Part shown: positions 1-9,768 of the stretch, piece by piece
Position numbering within the stretch: the first letter of the stretch is position 1
Layout: each line of letters starts with the position of its first letter
Source: Salisapilia sapeloensis CBS 127946
Taxonomy: Eukaryota > Protista > Oomycota
Reading direction: 5' to 3'
DNA: 64,000 bases
Assembly (NCBI GenBank): GCA_023334545.1
Contig: JAADVB010000085.1
Location: forward strand, 3,176 to 67,175
Made by a program: the position numbers and the translations under genes
The notes under the pieces: generated by a model
What the model saw: the letters and a program-made list of their open reading frames with translations, nothing else
What the model was told of the DNA's origin: nothing
Database searches by the model: none

Positions 1-2986
1 ACAACTCTTTCGTCAAGTGCTTCGAGATATCCACACGACCAAAGACCGGTTCAGCGTCTGCTTTCGGAGGACCTTCCTCTCCCTTCACCTTCCGCTTCAC
101 ACTCGCCTGTGCCTTCTCCGGATCGTACCCAACGCGCTCAAACTCTGCTTGCACGAGTTTCGCTAGCGCTGGTTTCCACGAATCTAAATTCAAGATCGGA
201 AGGAGATTCGGACCGAGCTGCGTGTACATGGCGCCTAGGAGAGAGATGGCTGCACCTCGGACCTTTGGATTCGAAGAGTCCGTCGCTTGTGGTCCTTTCG
301 TAAAGTCCACGATGGCGCGAGGACCGCACTCGGTCAGTCCAAACTCTTCCACCACTTGCTTGATTGTCATAAGCGCTTCTAACTGCGCTAACGGAGCACG
401 CACTTGACCTAAATGCTGCATCATACAACCGAGCGTATAGGACGGACTCGTCGCTTCACACAGCGCGAGTTTCATGGACCGAATCACGTCTGCGGCTTTC
501 TTATCGCCAGCTTTATCTGTCGCAAGTGGCACGACGAGCGTCACGACGGACTTGGGGAACTTGCCTGGCGTATTCTCTGCCAACGTCCCGATCGCTTGGA
601 ACGCACAGCGTAAGACATTGATGTTACTTTCCTTAAACTGCTTCACGTTCTTTCCCAAGTACAACGTCAGTGCTTCAATAACTTTCGGCGTCAATTCCTC
701 CGAATGTTCTCGAGCGAAAGACTCTAACGCTTCAATCGCAGCCTTGCGTTCCAGCCACTTGGAACTAGCCAATCCAGCTTGGACTTGAGCAAAGTCGGGG
801 ATACCAAGACCTTCGACGACTCCATCCGCTTCCTCCGCTTCTGTCGACATGGCGATAGGAGAGTACTCTGTACTCCCACCGCCTCCACTCGTCTTAGTTG
901 GTGCAGCAGACTTCTTTGCTGGTGGCTTGGAACCGAAACGAGATGACGGACCTTTCGGTTTTTTAATCTCCGGCGCTTTCGTCTCCGGCGTCTTGCTCTC
1001 CATGTCAACGTCTGTAGTCGCCTTGGCTTTTGTCTTTCCAGAACTCGGACGAGATGATGTGGAGCTAGCTGCAGATGCAGGACGAGACGTCGCAGGAGAA
1101 GAAGACGCGTTCCCATCCAACTGCTGCTTGACAGTCTTGAACGCACGTGCGTTGGAGGTCTGGAGTTTCTCCATCAACGGCTTGACAAGCTTCGGAGCAT
1201 CCTCGGAGCTCTTCAAGAGTGCGACAAAGGCTTCTTGTCCAGCCTTGCGTACCGTCGGATCCGTGTCATCTATACCTACGAGCATCAACTTGCCCAGATC
1301 CATTAGGACAGCCTTGTCGCTCACATTGATCATAGGCACTTCGACGCATCGTCTCAAGAAGCCGAGCGTCTGGGCACGAGCCGGTGGCGCCTTGTTTTTA
1401 CTACTATCCATGGCTACTTTCAAGTCGTCTAGCATGAGATCGATACCCATGCAATGCATCAGGAACATATCCAACGCTTTATTCGTCGGTTGCAAGACCG
1501 ATACTTTTTTGTCCGAGAGTTTTTTCAATAGATCTGAGAACAACTGACGTGCATGTGGAGAAAAGTTCTTGCGCAATCCATCCGCCAAGACACTCATCAC
1601 TTCAATCGCTTTACCCTGGACATTCACATTCGAATCGCTTAACAGTTTCTTTAAAACACTCACGAGTTCATAGTAATCGCCATTCGTAAGCTTTGGCACT
1701 GGACCTGCTGCATCCACAACTGCCTGTAGTGCCTCCATACGGATACTCCACTTGGCTTCTTGAATCTGTTTGTAAAACTGCAGTTGAGAAAGTTTAGATA
1801 ATAAATCCACTTCGGCTGTAAACTCTCGAGCGTCCATCACTGGTGCTTTCGTCTGTGCTTTCGTCTCCACTGCTTTTGCGCCACGAATAAACTTGGTCGC
1901 TTCAGCTTGTCCAGGTGTAATGTCCTTCGTTTGGTCCGCAAACTCTGTCTGTTGCGCTTGACGAAGGTTGTCAACAATGCCTTGGACGACGGCAGGTCCA
2001 ATCCAACGATGGAGTTCCACCAGAATCTGCATCGCGACTGGACGCACACCATTCACGGTCGATTCACACAGCTTTGGCAATGCTTTGACGATCGATTGCA
2101 CCGGTACTACCTTTGGTCCGTACTCTTTTAAAGCGTCCAATACACACTGGAGACTAGCTGACGCTACTTTGGGTTTCTTCCCGCCTGCAGCTTCTAACAG
2201 TGCTTCGATCGTCGGGGTGGCGGCTCCAGCCGCTACGAAATTGTCTACTAACTCTGCACTGGCTGCCTGAACGCTGGATCGACCGGCTAAGCCTTTATCT
2301 GCCACGCGCTTGATGATAGGAGGAATGATCGTTTCGTCCACATCCTGCACATTCTTCGCGTACGCTAAGACGGCTCGAATACCTGGCTCCAACGCACCTG
2401 CAATCGGGTCCTGGCACATCTTTACGTAAAGTTCTAAAAGAGGTCGAACATCATCTGACTTGAGGTCTGGCCTGTCAGCTAGCTGCATGGCACTTTCATA
2501 CGCGCTTTTACGTGTCATCCAATTCTTTTCCTTGACATTTGCAACGATTTCATCTAATGACATCATAGATGTGGTGTCTGTAGCAGATGCAGACTTAGCC
2601 TCCGTTGGTGGAGCTTCTGATGGTGGATCGGATGACGCAAGATCGAGCGAAGGCAAAGCACTAGGTGTGGACTGCACAGCTGGAGGAGAATTTGCGACTC
2701 GACTCACAGGTGCAGGTGGAGGAGCCTCCATATTAACGTCCTCTGTCTCTGTAGGCGCCTTACGTTGCGCTGGGATTGGAGGCGAGTTCGCGACCGCCGG
2801 CTGTCTCGCCGCAGGCAATGGCGGAGACCTCGGAATGGATTGTGCAGGTGGCTCTGGAGCTTGGCTAGTATCCTCTTCTTCCGCCGTTTCCTCATCATCA
2901 TGATTAATTGTAGATTTAAACGCCCGCTGCACGTTCAAGAGGTCTGCGATGTCTTCACCCGCACAAAGTGGACAAGTGCAACTCAT
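1..2986 (-). CDS. CKAP5: XMAP215/ch-TOG/CKAP5 (MOR1) microtubule polymerase, N-terminal part; 3' end lies outside the window
   Basis: Minus frame translated by hand, open from ATG 2986 (MSCTCPLCAGE; in-frame upstream ATG at 3013) to the window edge. TOG HEAT-repeat signatures: KEKNWMTRKSAYE (TOG1), EAKWSIRMEALQ...DSNVNV (TOG2), SSKWLERKAAIE...KESNINV (TOG3). Confidence 0.92.
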   Translation of the reverse strand, partial: MSCTCPLCAGEDIADLLNVQRAFKSTINHDDEETAEEEDTSQAPEPPAQSIPRSPPLPAARQPAVANSPPIPAQRKAPTETEDVNMEAPPPAPVSRVANSPPAVQSTPSALPSLDLASSDPPSEAPPTEAKSASATDTTSMMSLDEIVANVKEKNWMTRKSAYESAMQLADRPDLKSDDVRPLLELYVKMCQDPIAGALEPGIRAVLAYAKNVQDVDETIIPPIIKRVADKGLAGRSSVQAASAELVDNFVAAGAATPTIEALLEAAGGKKPKVASASLQCVLDALKEYGPKVVPVQSIVKALPKLCESTVNGVRPVAMQILVELHRWIGPAVVQGIVDNLRQAQQTEFADQTKDITPGQAEATKFIRGAKAVETKAQTKAPVMDAREFTAEVDLLSKLSQLQFYKQIQEAKWSIRMEALQAVVDAAGPVPKLTNGDYYELVSVLKKLLSDSNVNVQGKAIEVMSVLADGLRKNFSPHARQLFSDLLKKLSDKKVSVLQPTNKALDMFLMHCMGIDLMLDDLKVAMDSSKNKAPPARAQTLGFLRRCVEVPMINVSDKAVLMDLGKLMLVGIDDTDPTVRKAGQEAFVALLKSSEDAPKLVKPLMEKLQTSNARAFKTVKQQLDGNASSSPATSRPASAASSTSSRPSSGKTKAKATTDVDMESKTPETKAPEIKKPKGPSSRFGSKPPAKKSAAPTKTSGGGGSTEYSPIAMSTEAEEADGVVEGLGIPDFAQVQAGLASSKWLERKAAIEALESFAREHSEELTPKVIEALTLYLGKNVKQFKESNINVLRCAFQAIGTLAENTPGKFPKSVVTLVVPLATDKAGDKKAADVIRSMKLALCEATSPSYTLGCMMQHLGQVRAPLAQLEALMTIKQVVEEFGLTECGPRAIVDFTKGPQATDSSNPKVRGAAISLLGAMYTQLGPNLLPILNLDSWKPALAKLVQAEFERVGYDPEKAQASVKRKVKGEEGPPKADAEPVFGRVDISKHLTKEL

Positions 2987-3462
2987 CGTCCGAAGACATG
3001 TTTGTGTGCTCATTTTTGCAGTTGTAAAGGATCTAGTGACTAAACTAGGTAGTGTATATGGTAGCTTTCGTATAAAGCTTGATTTCCTGTGTGTTCTATC
3101 GGATCAACGCAGTACGGATGTGGTAGTACTCCTGACTAAAGTCTACCTTCTGCCTGGTCCCTCCCGCGCTTTCTTCTTGTTTTGAACCAATACGATCTTC
3201 CCGATCAAGTACGATGTACCATTATCGTACCAACTTAAGAGAGGCATTATAGCCGTTGAGATAATAACGAAGTAGAACATACCATTCTTCATAAGCATGT
3301 ACAAAAGATTATTCTTATGGTGGTATCTTTTTCTTCCTTTTATAAGTTGGCTGGGTACGGATGGAATGGATTCAGGCTAAGAGAATACATAGTTAGAGTG
3401 TAACGGATCTTGAAAGGTACTTGACGACGACACAAGAATCAGGCTTCAGAGTGAGATTCGAC

Positions 3463-5554
3463 ATGGAGGAGCGAATAGCTACGTTTATTGATGCAATACA
3501 GCAAGAATATGACTGCCCAAAGGATGATAGTGGATGTACCGAGACGTGCTTACCTGAAGAAGTGGAGGAAGGCAATACGGAATATAAACTGCAGCTTCTG
3601 AACCCAGCTCCAGGTATAGACTTCCCATCTCCTTCACTGGAAGTCAATACGAACCTTGCTTGACGATACATGCAATACAGAACGACTGGTACAGTTAACG
3701 ACACAGCTTCATTGGAGACTGAATGAAGGTAAGGGAGTCGCTTTCTATGAATTGGGCGTCCGAGACAATGGACAAGCCGTGGGTATCACTCAAGACGATA
3801 TGGCTACATCCATCGCAACATTGTCCAAGTACGTTCTTGTGAACAATGCACATCAAATCCATCCAGCTCGTTGAACTAATATCGATATAGGATGTGCGAA
3901 ATGGTTGAGGCTGAATTATCATTAATTCGCTTTCGACGAGGCAAAAGTGAACACTTGCGGTCTGCAAGGCTGCAAATCCATCGCTTCGACGGTCAAAGGC
4001 AAACGTTTAAACAACTTCGAAGTATATAATAGCATACATTTCATCATCCGGGAGTAGAATTAATTTTTATGTGCTAGTATCTGTGACTGGGGACGTAGCA
4101 AGTGGTAAATCAACCTTGGTGAGCGTTTTGACCCACGGTCTATTAGATGACGGAGAAGGTTTGGCTCGAATGCAAGTCTTTCGGTACGTAGGAGGCAGTG
4201 CTAACATCGAGAGTGCAAATATAATTTCTGTGCCCATATATTAGACACCGCCACGAGCTAGAGAATGGTCGAACATCTTGTCTAAGTGAACACACCATTG
4301 GTTTCTATCTTTTGTAGAATACGCGCTCGATTGATACTCATCCCGACAATAGGCGTGACTGCAGATGGTCAATTTCATAGTCTCGATGCGTTCGATACGG
4401 ACGACTTCTGTGAAGAAGATGCACCGAAAGACTTTACAAGACTTATTACACTCAGCGATCTTGCTGGTCATAAGAAATACTTGAAAGTAACAGGTACTCC
4501 TATTCTACTTCCAATGCAAAAGTATATATATTTAATCATGTCTCTGTAGCTGCTGGATTGGCCGGTCAATTCCCAGACTATGCATTCCTGGTTATCGACT
4601 GTTGCAGTGGTGTCCAAGCAATGACAAAGGAGCATCTAAAGATTGCAGCCGCATTGGAAGTACCGCTCATCATCGTTCTAACGAAAACAGACCTCGTATC
4701 CACAGATCGCCGAGAAGAAACTATCGCCGATATAATGTCACTTTTACACATTGTCTGTCCAGATAAAATCATTCTTACAGGAGAGCATGCGAAGCAAAGT
4801 ATCCAGTGTATCCCGATCTTCCAGCTATCGAACGTTACTGGCGATGGACTTATCCGTCTCCAGCAATTCCTTTCCACATTGGAACCGACTAGAGTACGAC
4901 ATTCCACATCATTCCCATAGACACACAACTAACGTAAACTAGTTATGGGCACACCATACTTCGACACCAGCAGAGTTCCACATCGGTAAAGCTTTTGAAC
5001 TGGAAGACACTGGTACAATCGTCACAGGCCTCATGCAGAGTGGGACGATATGGAGTGAAGAGACTTTGCTCCTCGGTCCAGATAGCTCTGGGCGATTTAT
5101 CAACGTCGTTGTCGATAGTATCCACGCCCAACATCGACCGGTGCAGTATTTAACGGCAGGAGAAGCTGGTGCCTTACTCATCCGGTTCTCGAATCCTGGT
5201 ATGCAAGCTTCGTTCGTACGCAGAGGCATGCTGTTGCTCCATCCGAGTGTACGCCCGACAGCTTCGATGCAATTCGAGGCCGAAGTCCGATTCTTCGATG
5301 ACTCGAAAAGGATACGAAAGAATCATCAAGCTGTCGTGCATGTCGGACCTGTCCGTCAAATGGCCAGGCTAGTACAGATCGACGGAGAGGTCCCTCAACT
5401 ACGCACAGCTCTATGTCGCTTTGAGTTCATGTACTATCCTGAATATTTACGACCAGACCTACCGCTTGTACTGCGTGACACCTACGCACAAGCGGTAGGA
5501 AAAGTGATACGAACGGTACCTACGTCTACTTCCAGTACGACGAAAGTCAAGTGA
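3463..5554 (+). CDS. GTP-binding protein 1/2 family translational GTPase (multi-exon)
   Basis: EGNTEYKLQL, QLHWRLNEGKG.AFYELGV.D.G, P-loop GDVASGKSTL, RHRHELENGRTS, DLAGHKKYLK, KTDL and EF-Tu-like C-terminal barrels, spread over several ORFs separated by short GT-AG introns. Confidence 0.9.
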
Positions 5555-5919
5555 TGTCGAGAGTTTAAAGGTATGCAGCATGGTAGTACTAGTAAGCCTT
5601 CTTTTTCATTTGCACAATCAACGCCTAATGCAGGAGAATACACTGTTTCTTGCTCATTACTATCCGAATTGACCATGCTCATATAAATACCACTGACTGA
5701 CGCACCAAATCATGCTGAAACGCTTTGCTAGGCACTCTTCGACTTCTTACCGATCTAAAAATATAAAATGCTGGACCTGCGTCTCAGCGAAGAAGGCAAG
5801 AATCGACAAGACTAGCATCAAGACAAGAGGTCAGCTTGTTTTGAGTTGAAGATACTCTCTCTGGCGCTTACATTAGACTGCTGAAAGTGCATCAAGTCGC
5901 AGTGGTAACTTGTAAAAGT

Positions 5920-7875
5920 ATGAGCGAAACGTGTGTGGACAGCACAACCAGCGCATCTTCAGCATCCAACATCAATGGCGACGGTCCTGTAGAAGAAAAT
6001 GACTTAAGTCCAACAAACGGCCGCGTGAGCAAGTCCACGAACACTGCTCCATGCTCATTAACAAAGCGAAGAGTAGCTCGTGCTGTCAGTATTGAAGAAA
6101 TTTTTGCAACTGTCAGCAGTGTCCGTAGCTCTGGTCTAGACGCACATTCCCCAACACGCATCGTCCTTAGCCCACGATCTGCTGAGGCATGCTTGAAAAC
6201 CGGTATTAATCCAGAGACACTTCAAATTCGAGATCTCGACTCGTTCTATGATCCACAGGTGAATGCTGCCGTCCAGCGCATGCGCCATGAAGCGTATTCT
6301 ATGCGACGTCATGAGCAAATGAAAGCAGCTCGAGCTGAACGCAAGCGTCTGATTGGAGATGACGATGTTCCTGTCAGCCAATTTGCCAAGCCGTCTAAAA
6401 AAGCTTCAAGTGCTTCTGCGACGCCATTAAAACCACAAGAGTCTACTTCTGCTCTCGAGTTGGAGAAGAAGAGGCTAGAGAAACTTCAAAAGCGACAAGA
6501 ACGTGAACTGGCACAAATGCTTGAGTTTGAGATGAAGATGAGTCGTATTCAGACGGAGGCAGATGCGAAGGTTGAGCGAGAACGACAATTGCAAGAACGG
6601 CGGGAGCGGGAGCGTTTGAGGGCTGAACAGCAAGCTGCACAGGAAAAGCGGCGGAAGGAATTGGAGAAGAAGGCACAGCAAGACGCCGAGGAAGAGCGCC
6701 GAAGAGTTCTTGCTGCCGAAATGGCAGCACAGGACCGAGCCATCGCGGAACGGAAAGCTAGGGAAGAAAAGATACGAAAGTTGGAAGCAAAGCAGAAGGA
6801 AGAAGAGAGGAGGGCTAAAGCGGAGGAACATCGACGCGAGGCTGAAATGGCGGCAAAAAAGCAACAAGCGGAAATTCAGCGTCGCTTGCAAGACCTTGAA
6901 CGTGCGGAAGAAGCACGGCAGAAAATGGTGGAGGATCAGCGTCAAGAGCGTGCGGCAGCATATGAAGAAAAGAGGAAGGTGGTGACGCTGCGACTGCAAC
7001 GAAACGTTCAAATGAGTAAGAGACTAGAAGCTCAGCGCAAGATAGAGATTAAGCAAAAGCAGCAGATGAGCGAAAAAAAACGGAGACAAATGGAGGAAGA
7101 GCGAGAGCGGGAGCGAGCAATCCAGCAGCAGCAGTTAGAACGAGCTGAACGGAAGAGGTTGATGGTGCTGGAGGAGACTCGAAGAGAGGAGGAGAAAAGA
7201 AAGCAAGAACTGCTCGCGAAGCAAATGGAAATGGACGAAGCGGTTCGACAGACACAAATAAAGCAACAGAGACAGCGTGAACTTCGGAAGGAAGCGCGGC
7301 AGTTGCAAGCTCAGTTGAAGGTGGATAAAGTGGAGCGAATGAAACGAGTACAAGAGTACCAGCGATTAGAAACCTTACGCAAACTTCAGGAGGTAGAGCG
7401 ACGGACGCAAGAAATGCTCACACAGAAAGAGGAGCTTGTGAAACGAAGAAAGGAAATATCTGTGCAGAGTAAGATTAAGCGAGACGAGATCATGGTGGAA
7501 ATGGAAAAGGTGAAGGCAACCAAGAAGTGGGATAAAGCGTCCAAGACGATCGCTAAAGTGATGAACAAGAGTCCGGGTAAAAGTTTAAAGCAACGACCAA
7601 TATCAGGCAGTGTAATCACGAAGCAGAGTTCATTGCCCAAGTTACCAGCACCGAATTCAGCGAGTGCATCGATGAGCCGAGCGAGTCTGCAGTACTCAAC
7701 AGCGGATGACAATGGCCCGAAATTGTCTCCTCCGCCCACTAGAACGGCATTCAAGTACACGAAATCTACGCAGGAAGAAGAGGAGGAACCGCAGCCATAT
7801 GTATCGGTGTATGATCAACCTGTAAGCATGACACGGGCGAAGAAAAGCAAACACAGTCGATCCACGGTATTTTAA
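5920..7875 (+). CDS. Long E/R/K/Q-rich coiled-coil protein of unknown function, with a globular N-terminal motif (LSPRSAEACLKTGINPETL...RMRHEAY)
   Basis: 662-aa ORF 5887..7875, first ATG at 5920; trichohyalin-like composition over about 400 aa. Confidence 0.8.
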   Translation: MSETCVDSTTSASSASNINGDGPVEENDLSPTNGRVSKSTNTAPCSLTKRRVARAVSIEEIFATVSSVRSSGLDAHSPTRIVLSPRSAEACLKTGINPETLQIRDLDSFYDPQVNAAVQRMRHEAYSMRRHEQMKAARAERKRLIGDDDVPVSQFAKPSKKASSASATPLKPQESTSALELEKKRLEKLQKRQERELAQMLEFEMKMSRIQTEADAKVERERQLQERRERERLRAEQQAAQEKRRKELEKKAQQDAEEERRRVLAAEMAAQDRAIAERKAREEKIRKLEAKQKEEERRAKAEEHRREAEMAAKKQQAEIQRRLQDLERAEEARQKMVEDQRQERAAAYEEKRKVVTLRLQRNVQMSKRLEAQRKIEIKQKQQMSEKKRRQMEEERERERAIQQQQLERAERKRLMVLEETRREEEKRKQELLAKQMEMDEAVRQTQIKQQRQRELRKEARQLQAQLKVDKVERMKRVQEYQRLETLRKLQEVERRTQEMLTQKEELVKRRKEISVQSKIKRDEIMVEMEKVKATKKWDKASKTIAKVMNKSPGKSLKQRPISGSVITKQSSLPKLPAPNSASASMSRASLQYSTADDNGPKLSPPPTRTAFKYTKSTQEEEEEPQPYVSVYDQPVSMTRAKKSKHSRSTVF

Positions 7876-8254
7876 GAAGATAAATGTGTTTTTAAACTTA
7901 TCTATCTACATGTGTGCACGTCTTTTTGCCTCAAGCGTCAATGTTTCTACGTCGAAGGTCTACTAGGCGATGTGAAGTGACTCGACGTCTCTTGATAAAA
8001 ATACCGCCATTCAAATTCCCACCATTTCATTTAAATCGCATACATAGAAATATATAATTACACTTCAAACATATTATTTATGTAAAATAATATGGTATAA
8101 ATGTACACAGATATTATTTTATAAACCTTAATCCTTAAAAAATACATCGTTTTTTGTGTTAAATTGTAAACTGCAGTTGGTCGCATACAAAAAACCGCCC
8201 AAATCGCAAGACAAGGCGGGAGAACGACCGCCTTGACCGTCTTTTCGAAGCATC

Positions 8255-9334
8255 ATGGCCTCTCCATCATCCAGCCTTTCTCAGTCCATACTTCTCCGAG
8301 AAGATATGGCCGCACGCGAAGAGCTAGAGCGTGAAAACTTTAATCTAAAAATGAAATTAACTTCCGTCGAAGAGCGACTTGCTCGATTCGTCAACGGGCA
8401 GGCGATTGTCGACCAAGAGCAGGTCGATCAGCTCATGCAGAACCTCAGGGATACACAGGAAGCTCTATACGAACAGAAGGAACTCGCTCGAGAAGCCAAG
8501 CGTGCTGCGTATCACGCCCAACGGGAGCTCGATCGAGTCCGAGCGAAGCAAGAGAAGAGCGAAAAGCTTTCCAACAGTTACGAGAATCTAGTTCAGGACA
8601 AGACCGATTTACAGGAAGAATTACAAAAGCTCTTGAAAGTAAATCATGAACTTCAGGCCAGTCGAGACGAATGGAAACGCAAGTATGAGGACCAAGTACT
8701 TGTGGAAAATGATTTAAAGCAAGTGACAGAGGACCGAGATGAATGGAAACGTACTAGTGAAGAGCACTTGCGTAATCTTCGTCTGACAGAAGAAAAGTAT
8801 ACGGCAGACATAGAGGAGTTGCAGACGAAACACCAGACTAAAGTTCAGTCCATACAGTCGAAACTTGACGACGCGACGTCGACATTGACCAGGACGGAGC
8901 GTCGTAATAAAGAGCTAGAGCAAGAGTATAAGGAGCGTCTAGACCAGGTTATATCGTCCTCGAACGACTTGTTTGTGGACTTAAAGCGACACAAGCGAGA
9001 GAAGGAGGAGTATAAAGTGGGTCTCAAGAGCTCGATGCGAGAACGAAAGGACTTGCTGCGTGAGTTGGAAAAGTATAAGAAAGCATATCAGGAACGCCGG
9101 GAGGAAAAGAAGACTCGTGGCAAGTCGATTGAAGGTCTGAAGGACCAGTTGAAGCGTCATTTAGAGGAAACCAAGTACATGCATGAAGAAGTCTACCATC
9201 GGTGGGTCGATGCAGGGTTTCCCAATCGAGACGTGTCGAAAGACTATGTGACACACAATCAGATGAGTGCATTTAGAGACGCTGGTGATAGATGTCAGAA
9301 TCATGTCGAGAAACTCGATCGACTGGCTGCCTGA
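8255..9334 (+). CDS. Coiled-coil protein with N-terminal centrosomin motif 1 (CM1 / gamma-TuNA-like)
   Basis: LREDMAAREELERENFNLKMKLTSVEERL aligns without gaps to the CM1 consensus (L/M)(R/K)E......L..ENFNLKLRIYFLEER; the remainder is heptad coiled coil. Confidence 0.7.
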   Translation: MASPSSSLSQSILLREDMAAREELERENFNLKMKLTSVEERLARFVNGQAIVDQEQVDQLMQNLRDTQEALYEQKELAREAKRAAYHAQRELDRVRAKQEKSEKLSNSYENLVQDKTDLQEELQKLLKVNHELQASRDEWKRKYEDQVLVENDLKQVTEDRDEWKRTSEEHLRNLRLTEEKYTADIEELQTKHQTKVQSIQSKLDDATSTLTRTERRNKELEQEYKERLDQVISSSNDLFVDLKRHKREKEEYKVGLKSSMRERKDLLRELEKYKKAYQERREEKKTRGKSIEGLKDQLKRHLEETKYMHEEVYHRWVDAGFPNRDVSKDYVTHNQMSAFRDAGDRCQNHVEKLDRLAA

Positions 9335-9768
9335 TAGGAGTACTTGGCACTGTATCTAGACCTATTGCGTCCGAGTGGGCATCTAGTAGCTATGTCGAAA
9401 CGTCTGGAGCTGATATAATTTATCAAGATAACCTTTGCATCCTCCGTCTCATAATTACTCATATACACATACAGTTTAGGTACATTTGGAAGTAGCTAGG
9501 AAGACACGCACAGTCGAGATGGTAGCACCTAGCGCCCATTACGAGCAAGTAACTTGCTTTTTGTATGTGCTGGGTATCGATAAAGCACGACTAAAACGTA
9601 TGTTTTAGCATCGAGGAACGACTAAACACGCCAAAACTCCAAACGACGGCCGACAAAAAGCATCCAGTTATCAGATGGCACTAATTTGCGCATTTTAACA
9701 ACAAAATAGGACGCGCCACGTCCATTTAGACGAATTATATCCGTGACATTTGGCACAGCTTAGCGTTA

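Noticed and set aside
109-2903. Plus-strand ORFs such as 849..1547 and 2460..2903
   Set aside because: Antisense shadows of the XMAP215 frame on the minus strand.
3050-3400. Possible small minus-strand gene (WYIVLDREDRIG...YYHIRTALIR*)
   Set aside because: No consistent ATG or splice model found; more likely the promoter/UTR between divergent genes.
8040-8235. Very AT-rich patch with a 10-bp inverted repeat and an 8-bp GC hairpin (8212-8235) upstream of the CM1 gene
   Set aside because: Stems of this length are expected by chance; no TSD or second copy seen.
9332-9420. TGA TAG followed by 26 open codons (EYLALYLDLL...), suggesting readthrough or code reassignment
   Set aside because: An open run this short is common by chance; TAG, TAA and TGA all terminate well-conserved genes in this window.
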